Notes under the pieces: generated by a model
Database searches by the model: none
The model's input: the letters and a program-made list of their open reading frames with translations, nothing else
What the model was told of the DNA's origin: nothing
Translations under genes and position numbers: made by a program
IMG/VR virus record: IMGVR_UViG_3300024308_000030
Coordinates: 1-60,596 of that record
Strand: one strand, 5' to 3'
Length of the DNA stretch: 60,596 bases
From: a virus
Taxonomy: Duplodnaviria; Caudoviricetes
Shown: positions 54,599 to 60,596 of the stretch, piece by piece
Layout of the letters: the number at the start of each line of letters is the position of its first letter
Position numbering within the stretch: the stretch's first letter is position 1

Positions 54599-54848
54599 CG
54601 GTTACCTCCTTCTTGACCAGGGTTGCGATCATGGTGAGCACGCGCAGGTTGTCGCGCAGGTCCGGGGACAGCGGCGTCAGCTCCACGCGGCAGGTCGTGT
54701 CCCCGCCGTTGGTGTCGCTGACCCAGCGCGCGTTGGCGCCCTCGCCTGGCGAGTACCTGAACCCGTGCGCAACCAGCCAACGGGCCCGCTCATCGTGGTC
54801 GGTGAACACGATCATGAACGTGTTCTTGGTGTGCGGCGTCACCTTCAT
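54543..54848 (-). CDS. hypothetical protein, possibly a divergent array member
   Basis: MKVTPHT...'RWLVAHGF'; ATGA overlap. Confidence 0.55.
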   Translation of the reverse strand: MKVTPHTKNTFMIVFTDHDERARWLVAHGFRYSPGEGANARWVSDTNGGDTTCRVELTPLSPDLRDNLRVLTMIATLVKKEVTDGPDAGTAGRPGRPRVRA

Positions 54849-55768
54849 GGCTTGGGCTCCTTGCTCGGTACGAACAGCGGGTCGGCGCCGATGAAGACTT
54901 CGTCCGGGCAGTTCGGCCACTCCTTGCGGATGGCCTCGAACTCGCCGTCGTTCCACATGCCGAGGAACGTGATGCCTTCGCCTTCTTCCTGCTCGACCCA
55001 CAACGCGAAAGCGATGGCCGCTGTCGAGGCGCTGTGGTCTTCCTGCTCAGTCACCGGCGCCGTGTACAGCGCGTTGTTCTGCCCTTCCCGGCGGTGCTGC
55101 GCCGGCGTGACGCCGACGCTGGAGCCACGACCGTTGCGGATTTGGTCGAGGACGTGGTTGTCGCAGTAGGCGACAGCCTGCTGCTGTTCGGACGCAGGCG
55201 GGGCGGGGGCGGCGGCGAGCAATGCGGCGTAGGCGTCCTCATGCGTGCCCGGTGTCGCCCAAAGTGCACGGATCATTTCGCTGGTTGCCTCTTCCGGCGC
55301 CAGTCGCCACCCCTCCGGCACCCCAGCAGCAGGCGGTGCGGAGAGCGCGGCGCGGCCCTCGATGGCAGCGATGAATACGTCACTTGGCTTGCCCGGAAGC
55401 TTGCGTGCCTGTTGAGGGTCAATACCGAGGTAGTCGCACAGGACAACGAAAGTTTCCAAGAGCATGGCGCGCTCTGCGCTGATGCTGGCTGTCATACGCT
55501 CGTGCTGGGCGACGGTCATCAGCCCCTGCTCTTCGATGCCGTCTAACACTGGGGTGCGGAAATCAAGGTGCCATCCTGGGTTGTTCTGCGGCGGGTCAAT
55601 AACACGCCACCGAAGCGCCACCACCTCCGGCTTCTCCTCCTGCACCTGCGCGGCGGGAGGGGTGCATGCAGAATCAAGATGGCGCCAGGTGCTTTCGCAC
55701 TCGGGGCATTCCTCCCCGTCCGGGCCTACCCATGCGTGGTCATCGCAGAATGTCATTTTATCGGTCAT
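54845..55768 (-). CDS. mosaic Ea/ead-like early protein
   Basis: 'EKPEVVA', 'LMTVAQHER', 'VPEGWRLAPEEATSEM', 'YAALLAAAPAP' motifs typical of Pseudomonas phage early mosaics. Confidence 0.65.
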   Translation of the reverse strand: MTDKMTFCDDHAWVGPDGEECPECESTWRHLDSACTPPAAQVQEEKPEVVALRWRVIDPPQNNPGWHLDFRTPVLDGIEEQGLMTVAQHERMTASISAERAMLLETFVVLCDYLGIDPQQARKLPGKPSDVFIAAIEGRAALSAPPAAGVPEGWRLAPEEATSEMIRALWATPGTHEDAYAALLAAAPAPPASEQQQAVAYCDNHVLDQIRNGRGSSVGVTPAQHRREGQNNALYTAPVTEQEDHSASTAAIAFALWVEQEEGEGITFLGMWNDGEFEAIRKEWPNCPDEVFIGADPLFVPSKEPKP

Positions 55769-55938
55769 TTCGATTCTCCAGGCGTGCACTGGACAGTGAC
55801 CACGCCATTTTCGGTGGTGATGGTTGGGCGGGCCATGGCCAGGGCTTCGTCACGCTGGTTGGCTACGATGTTGATCGCGACGAAAAGTATCCAAAACCCG
55901 ATGGCGTAGAACCATGCAAAGAAACGGTAGTAGCTCAT
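55765..55938 (-). CDS. small membrane protein
   Basis: one TM segment 'FFAWFYAIGFWILFVAINIV'. Confidence 0.55.
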   Translation of the reverse strand: MSYYRFFAWFYAIGFWILFVAINIVANQRDEALAMARPTITTENGVVTVQCTPGESK

Positions 55939-56135
55939 GGCTGGTCTCCCGGCCACTTGCAGCCATCGGGCGGGAAGGCGCCCAGCGCCTCCGCGATCTC
56001 GAACAGGCGCTTGTCGTGGGGCCCGGCCACGCGGACGCGGTCGGGGCTATAGGCCGGCACCAGGGTAACGCTCTCGTGCTCGGCGACGGCCTGAGCGACG
56101 AACTCGGGCACTTTGGTCATTTGGATGTAGAACAT
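55935..56135 (-). CDS. hypothetical protein
   Basis: 66 aa, AGGAG RBS. Confidence 0.6.
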   Translation of the reverse strand: MFYIQMTKVPEFVAQAVAEHESVTLVPAYSPDRVRVAGPHDKRLFEIAEALGAFPPDGCKWPGDQP

Positions 56136-56353
56136 GGTTCATCTCCTAAAATCCACTCAGTTGTGTAGGCTCTGCAGCCCACCGAAGCCAGCGTCTGCCG
56201 CCGCAAACGTTGGTCGGAAAAAACGAACGAGCTGATGATCACGCTGTGCTCGAACACCACGAAGCCAACGCCGTAGAGCATCGCGCCGTCTTCCACGATC
56301 TTGGCGATGGTGCACGTCTCGCGACCGCCAGGTATGCCTTCGAAGTCGAACAT
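56117..56353 (-). CDS. hypothetical protein
   Basis: 78 aa, AGGAGG RBS. Confidence 0.5.
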   Translation of the reverse strand: MFDFEGIPGGRETCTIAKIVEDGAMLYGVGFVVFEHSVIISSFVFSDQRLRRQTLASVGCRAYTTEWILGDEPCSTSK

Positions 56354-56354
56354 G

Positions 56355-56516
56355 TCAGGCCTCCTGGCGCAGGCAACGGTCGAATACCACGACGGCGAAG
56401 GTCTTGGCCTTCAGCGCCAGTTTGCGGCTGAAGGGGTCCGGCGCGTCGCGCCACTCCTCCCAGAGCCGATACGTCATGCCCTCCAGGCTGCGGGCGAGCT
56501 GTAGACGGCGGTCCAT
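56355..56516 (-). CDS. hypothetical protein
   Basis: MDRRLQLARSL...; GAGGAGG upstream. Confidence 0.55.
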   Translation of the reverse strand: MDRRLQLARSLEGMTYRLWEEWRDAPDPFSRKLALKAKTFAVVVFDRCLRQEA

Positions 56517-56518
56517 GG

Positions 56519-56716
56519 CTAGTCCTCCTCGACCTGGCAGGTCAGCAGCACGACGGCGTCCGGCGCCTTGAAGGTCAGCTCGGCCTGGCCCTGGGCGCGC
56601 TTGTACTCGCACTCAGCCACGGCATCGTCGCCGACCCAGCGGCCAGCGAGCCACACTTGGCAGTCGTCCTTGGCGTCGCTGGCGCAGAGGTACATCACGA
56701 GGGTTGCAGTGATCAT
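56519..56716 (-). CDS. small Cys-containing protein (possibly exported)
   Basis: hydrophobic start 'TLVMYLC', 4 Cys. Confidence 0.55.
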   Translation of the reverse strand: MITATLVMYLCASDAKDDCQVWLAGRWVGDDAVAECEYKRAQGQAELTFKAPDAVVLLTCQVEED

Positions 56717-56925
56717 TTGTCGTTCTCCCAGTTCTTGAGCAGTTTTTCCAGCAGTTCGAGGCTGACGTACGGGTCGCCGTCTTTGCGCGCCGAGCTCAGC
56801 AACGCCTTGATCATGGCTTTCGCGCCTCGGTCCACGGCTTTGAGGTACATCACGCGGATCATGATCGACAACGGCACCGCGTAGGTGACAGCCACGACGA
56901 TGATAGCGACTGCGAAATCAGACAT
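56713..56925 (-). CDS. small membrane protein
   Basis: MSDFAVAIIVVAVTYAVPLSIMI TM segment. Confidence 0.55.
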   Translation of the reverse strand: MSDFAVAIIVVAVTYAVPLSIMIRVMYLKAVDRGAKAMIKALLSSARKDGDPYVSLELLEKLLKNWENDK

Positions 56926-57280
56926 TTCCCAGCTCCCGGGCGAACTCGTCTGCCAGCCAGTCCACCAGGCGCCAGCGCGCCAGGCCATAGGGCGTGCGCA
57001 TGGACCACAAGGCTTCCTTGTCACTCGCCAGGTCGTACTGGTCCATTGCGGTGACGGCTTTGTTGGTGGAGACCGGGTAGGCCCGGTCCCCGCTGAACTC
57101 CGGCCACTGGACGAAGTACTGGCGCAGCTTCAGCGTCATGACGTGGACAGACACATCAGTCGCCCGGGCCAGGTAACAGCAGATACCTTCGTTAGGGCAG
57201 ACCGGCACCGCGCCCTCGTACTGGAGCGCTCGCAGCGCCGCAAGCAGCCGCTGCATGGTGAAAGCGTCGATAGGATGCAT
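56918..57280 (-). CDS. conserved phage protein
   Basis: 'GICCYL', 'WPEFSGD.AYPV', 'YG..R..L..WL'; RBS lies inside a palindrome. Confidence 0.7.
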   Translation of the reverse strand: MHPIDAFTMQRLLAALRALQYEGAVPVCPNEGICCYLARATDVSVHVMTLKLRQYFVQWPEFSGDRAYPVSTNKAVTAMDQYDLASDKEALWSMRTPYGLARWRLVDWLADEFARELGNV

Positions 57281-57293
57281 GGCTTAACTACTC

Positions 57294-57551
57294 CTAGTTA
57301 GCGCCTTGGCGGCAGTACGAACAGTGTGTGCCGGGCGCGATGTGATGGATCGAAGCCGGGTGCACGCCGCTGTGGTTCAAGTATTCTTCGGCGCTCCCGG
57401 GTAGCCCTTTTACCGGCCCCGCCCAGTGGAAACGGAACACGTGCCATCGGCCTTTTTTCGTCGTCCACTGGACACATCGGCCGGCTAGTGCGTCGAAAGT
57501 TGTTCGCGCTGCTGCGACACCTCTTACGGTGGCTTGGATTATCTGGCTCAT
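57294..57551 (-). CDS. hypothetical protein
   Basis: 85-aa ORF; stop lies inside a palindrome. Confidence 0.5.
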   Translation of the reverse strand: MSQIIQATVRGVAAARTTFDALAGRCVQWTTKKGRWHVFRFHWAGPVKGLPGSAEEYLNHSGVHPASIHHIAPGTHCSYCRQGAN

Positions 57552-57553
57552 GG

Positions 57554-57649
57554 CTAAATGGCCAGGGCCAGAACGACGAAAAACGCCAGCAGGAAAGCGC
57601 CGGCGCTGGTCACCTCGCGGTACATGCCACGGGTCTCGAATTGTTTCAT
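57554..57649 (-). CDS. 31-aa membrane micro-protein (not in ORF track)
   Basis: GGAG-atccacc-ATG; MKQFETRGMYREVTSAGAFLLAFFVVLALAI. Confidence 0.5.
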   Translation of the reverse strand: MKQFETRGMYREVTSAGAFLLAFFVVLALAI

Positions 57650-57717
57650 GGTGGATCTCCGGTCAGTCCGGGCGACATTGCCCGCCGAAGCCCTGGCGCG
57701 CCAGGGCTTGAGCTGGA

Positions 57718-58002
57718 TCAGTCTGCGACGCGGTCTGGGATGTCAGGGAACACGCTGCCGAAGTGCCAGCAGCGGTAGCTGGTGCCGTCCGTGATGCGCT
57801 CCATGATCCGCCCTACGTCGTCGGCCTCAAGGCGTCGGGAGGCGTTGCGGTATCCGCCGAAGTGCTCGATGAAACGCCCCACGTCGGCCTCCTCGACCAC
57901 GTAGGCTGTCCGGGTGGTGGTCGTGTCACGCCCCCACGCGTTCGCCGCCGTGTGCTTGCGCGGCTCGCCGTATTTACGCATCGCTGTCATCCTCGTCGCC
58001 AT
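57718..58002 (-). CDS. hypothetical protein
   Basis: ORF with internal repeat 'EADVGR'/'ADDVGR'; start uncertain. Confidence 0.55.
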   Translation of the reverse strand: MATRMTAMRKYGEPRKHTAANAWGRDTTTTRTAYVVEEADVGRFIEHFGGYRNASRRLEADDVGRIMERITDGTSYRCWHFGSVFPDIPDRVAD

Positions 58003-58252
58003 AGGCGATCACGTTGTAGATCGGCATGCGGGCGGCTATCCATGCGTGGACTGCCTCCCGGTCTCCCAGCAGTTGCGCCGGCCAGCGCACTGACTGCGCG
58101 GGCTCACTGTACGCGGTTCGCACGATGGCGGTGCGGTCGCTCGGATGTGGCTGGTAGTCCTGACCGGTGGCGCGGGCCAGCTGGCCACGCAACGACTGTT
58201 CGGCACGCATGCCAGCGGTTACGGTCTGGTCCTTCAGGGGCGCTCGCATCAT
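57974..58252 (-). CDS. hypothetical protein
   Basis: 92 aa, GGAG RBS, coupled to neighbour. Confidence 0.55.
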   Translation of the reverse strand: MMRAPLKDQTVTAGMRAEQSLRGQLARATGQDYQPHPSDRTAIVRTAYSEPAQSVRWPAQLLGDREAVHAWIAARMPIYNVIAYGDEDDSDA

Positions 58253-58506
58253 TCCGGGTCTCCTTGGCTTGGCAGCTCATCGTACGTGTAGCCGGCGTCG
58301 CACCAGTTGAGGATCTCGACGTCACCGGCGGCGCAGCCCACGGCCTCAAGGCTGGCGGTCGTCATGCCCCAGCTGGTGGCGCACTCGTCCATCCCCTTGG
58401 TCATGGCGGCGCCCGGGCCCGAGGCGGTCACGCTGGTTACGAACATCGTCCCATCAGCGGGGTTGCCCGTCTCACGGATGAAGACGGTATAGGTCTTGTC
58501 GGTCAT
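58249..58506 (-). CDS. hypothetical protein
   Basis: MTDKTYTVFIRE...'AGDVEILNW'. Confidence 0.6.
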   Translation of the reverse strand: MTDKTYTVFIRETGNPADGTMFVTSVTASGPGAAMTKGMDECATSWGMTTASLEAVGCAAGDVEILNWCDAGYTYDELPSQGDPE

Positions 58507-58508
58507 GT

Positions 58509-58727
58509 TCACTGGGCCTCTTGGTAGTTGCCGACGTTCTCGGCGCGGCTGAAGGTGGGGCCACGGCGCAGGCGGAAGCCCACGAACCCGTGCTTGTGCG
58601 CCCACGTGTTGCCATGCAGATACTGAACGGTGCGGCTGTAGCGGCCGTCCACGATGAGCACGGAGCGGTCGCCAGTGGCTTCGACCGGGCCCGTCTTGGT
58701 CATGCGGTAGAACTGTAGGTAGTACAC
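58509..58727 (-). CDS. hypothetical protein
   Basis: GTG after GGAG; 'EATGDRSVLIVDGR' phage motif. Confidence 0.6.
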   Translation of the reverse strand: MYYLQFYRMTKTGPVEATGDRSVLIVDGRYSRTVQYLHGNTWAHKHGFVGFRLRRGPTFSRAENVGNYQEAQ

Positions 58728-58740
58728 GGTGCGGTCTCCG

Positions 58741-58917
58741 CTAACTAGCGTAGTTAAGGCTGAGAGCAAGGACGGTGGCGGTGGCCGCCGCCCACACTAG
58801 CCAGCCGACGATGGAGCGGATGCGGTTGATTCCATGGTAGCCGGTGGCGGCGACCACGCCGAGGATGGCCACCAGAATAAGCGCGCTCACGACGGCGTAA
58901 AGCCAGATTGGGTGCAT
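58741..58917 (-). CDS. 58-aa two-TM membrane protein (not in ORF track)
   Basis: read by hand: MHPIWLYAVVSALILVAILGVVAATG...IVGWLVWAAATATVLALSLNYAS; GGAG RBS. Confidence 0.6.
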   Translation of the reverse strand: MHPIWLYAVVSALILVAILGVVAATGYHGINRIRSIVGWLVWAAATATVLALSLNYAS

Positions 58918-59006
58918 TAGGGTTACTCCGTTAACTAGTGGTAGTTAAGCAAGGCGCACTAAGGCCGCTTGTAGCAGGGTTCACTAGACGCACTTGTCTA
59001 ACTAAT

Positions 59007-59034
59007 ATCATACGCTTCTAGGGGTTAGGGTCAA
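59007..59034 (-). promoter_or_regulatory. putative early sigma70 promoter
   Basis: minus strand TTGACC-N16-TATGAT; shares CTTGACCCT(A/T)ACCC with the promoter at 49788. Confidence 0.7.
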
Positions 59035-59054
59035 GAAAACCCGACCGCGGGCGC

Positions 59055-59345
59055 CATTTTTAGTAAGAAATGGGCTTTACTACTAGGCGTTTTACTAGCC
59101 CAAGTCATTGATTTCATTGGGAATAGTAAAATAGTAAGCGATTTCGCATAAGAGAAAACCGTATGACTCGGATTTTTCGGTTGATACGGGAAGTGGTTTG
59201 GGCGCGACCCTTCTTGTATCGCTTTCGCCCGCGCGCGTGTAGGCTTATGTGTAAATTTCTTTACTATTTTACTATTCCTATGTAAATCAATCACTTAGAG
59301 TAGTATTTTCTTTTTTAATTTTTTACTATTTTACTAAAACTATAG
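59055..59345. other. AT-rich putative replication origin with TTTACTA repeats and inverted IHF-like sites
   Basis: multiple TTTACTA/TAGTAA units; ~37-bp imperfect inverted repeat; WATCAANNNNTTR matches at 59101-59113(-) and 59285-59297(+). Confidence 0.6.
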
Positions 59346-59499
59346 ATATTCGTGGTCGTCTCGTGGCTACTTCTAGCCCTGGCCGCCTGTGGGAATCAGG
59401 CTGGACGCCTAGTGCCACGCGGCTTGCAGCCGTTTTTACCCTCTAATCGGGCTTTAGCTTAACTACAACTAGTTAACCTTTCGCTACATCTGAAACAAC

Positions 59500-59524
59500 A
59501 AAACCCGGCGCAAGGCCGGGTTTT
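59500..59524. terminator. bidirectional intrinsic terminator
   Basis: AAAACCCGGC-GCAAG-GCCGGGTTTT downstream of 59543..60109. Confidence 0.85.
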
Positions 59525-59542
59525 GGGTACATCGGGCTCAGA

Positions 59543-60109
59543 TCATTCGGCGTCGTCCGCCAACAGCTCCGTGGCCACGTCGTCCAGCAGGTCGGCTATC
59601 TCGGAAATCAACTCCAGCGCCGTGGCCTTGCCTGCCGCTTGGGCACGCACACGTTCCAGCGCAGCACGCAGGTCGGCCAGTGCTGCCGGGTCGCCTTCGA
59701 CCGGCGGAGCCTTGGGAGTCTGCGGCGCGCGTTCACGCCCCTTGATCAAGCCCTTGGCCTTGGCGTTCTCCCGTGCCGACTTCGCGAAGGTCTGGACGCT
59801 GCCGCCGCCGGCACCGGCCAGGGCTTCTTCGGGGAGGGTCATGATGGTCTTCGCCTCGGAACCGCGCATCTTCGCAGTCAGCTCGGCGCAGCCGGCGTCG
59901 AGGAAGGCGTCACGGACACGTTCCACGACGGTTTCGACGTCGAAGCCAGAGCGGCGCGCTTCGAGCACCAGCTCCAGCAGCAGGCGGGACGCGTTGGTAT
60001 GCTCGACTGCAGCCTTCGACAGGGCTTCGCCCCATGCAGTGATTGAGCGGGACGCTACGGCAGCGTCGGCCTTCAGGGACGAGTTCTTACGTACGGATTG
60101 CTTAGCCAT
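59543..60109 (-). CDS. hypothetical helical protein (first gene of - arm)
   Basis: 188 aa; GGAGATACACC-ATG leader identical to that of the AAA gene. Confidence 0.75.
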   Translation of the reverse strand: MAKQSVRKNSSLKADAAVASRSITAWGEALSKAAVEHTNASRLLLELVLEARRSGFDVETVVERVRDAFLDAGCAELTAKMRGSEAKTIMTLPEEALAGAGGGSVQTFAKSARENAKAKGLIKGRERAPQTPKAPPVEGDPAALADLRAALERVRAQAAGKATALELISEIADLLDDVATELLADDAE

Positions 60110-60569
60110 GGTGTATCTCCAGTCAGGTTGTGGGTCAGACGCGGCCGTAGCCCAGCGTGAACACGGTTGCGAGGATGAGTGCTAGCCAGACGTATTCCAT
60201 GTGTGGTGCTCCGGTCGGTGGCTCGGCGTAGTTGCTTTGCCTGAACAAATAGTAGCACAAGCCGCACTTGCTTAACTAGTTGTAGTTAAGCTGAATCAAT
60301 CTCCAGCGCCGTGTGTTCCGAACAAAGAATTCTTTTCCCGGCCGGACACCCACGCGGGGGGAGGCGGGGGAGGGGCGGTATGTCTTACCCGTGTCTCTCA
60401 CACCACAGGGTCAAAAATGGCCCCGTATACTTTGTATACAGGTGTACTAGGAGAACTCGTCGCAAAAATTCCAGGGTCAAAATTTTGAGCCCCGGCTTGA
60501 CACAACATCCCCATTGCGCAAAGATGACATTGCCACGCAGGCACCGGCAAGGCAGCCAGGGCACGGACG

Positions 60570-60596
60570 CCCCCTCCCCCCTCCCCCCTCCCCCCT
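60570..60596 (+). repeat. (CCCCCCT)n tandem tract continuing into positions 1-10
   Basis: window ends ...ccccct cccccct cccccct cccccct and begins ccccctcccc. Confidence 0.85.

Larger units (their letters stand above)
45615..60290. repeat. dispersed palindrome TAACTA-N3/4-TAGTTA (8 copies)
   Basis: approx. 45616-45630, 49707-49722, 52435-52450, 57285-57300, 58742-58756, 58932-58947, 59460-59475, 60273-60288. Confidence 0.85.

Noticed and set aside
42782-54848. Array as integron cassettes or a diversity-generating retroelement
   Set aside because: No tyrosine integrase or reverse transcriptase seen; genes overlap by ATGA/GTGA with no attC-sized spacers; no TR/VR pair differing at adenines noticed.
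59031-59294. 87-aa ORF in the AT-rich region
   Set aside because: Atypical codon usage; it spans repeats and IHF-like sites and is more likely non-coding.
45615-60290. TAACTA palindromes as a CRISPR array
   Set aside because: Copies are dispersed at irregular distances of hundreds to thousands of bases, not regularly spaced.
1-60596. Lysogeny module, tRNA genes, DNA-modification genes
   Set aside because: No integrase, partition proteins, tRNA cloverleaf or methylase/base-modification motifs recognised by eye; tRNAscan and HMM searches would be needed to exclude them fully.

Overview
This window looks like an essentially complete, circularly permuted ~60.6 kb high-GC tailed-phage genome, opened inside a (CCCCCCT)n tract. 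It is podovirus-like: N4-gp56-type capsid, a giant ejection-type protein and no tape measure. Protein motifs suggest a Pseudomonas-like host (inference). The + strand (1-29.1 kb) carries fibre/decoration genes, terminase, portal, scaffold, capsid, adaptor, a 2048-aa polyvalent virion protein, a holin/spanin/GH19 lysis cassette and tail genes. The - strand (60.1-29.1 kb) carries early and replication genes: primase-DUF927 helicase, SSB, SNF2 helicase, VRR-NUC, a PD-(D/E)xK nuclease, a family A polymerase, HNH, a 3'-5' exonuclease and an RNase H-like protein. I found no integrase, tRNA, CRISPR array or RNA polymerase. The standout feature is an array of about 30 divergent paralogous small genes (42.8-54.8 kb). 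Each has an N-terminal 'LxxxG[FWY]' helix, a hypervariable core and a C-terminal '[ST]PxA[AL]...L' helix. The array is interleaved with a MoxR-like AAA ATPase, a HExxH-metallopeptidase-VWA gene, a DUF3150-like gene and RNase H. Eight copies of a palindrome, TAACTA-N3/4-TAGTTA, are confined to the early arm. Family names come from recognising motifs by eye, not from database searches.
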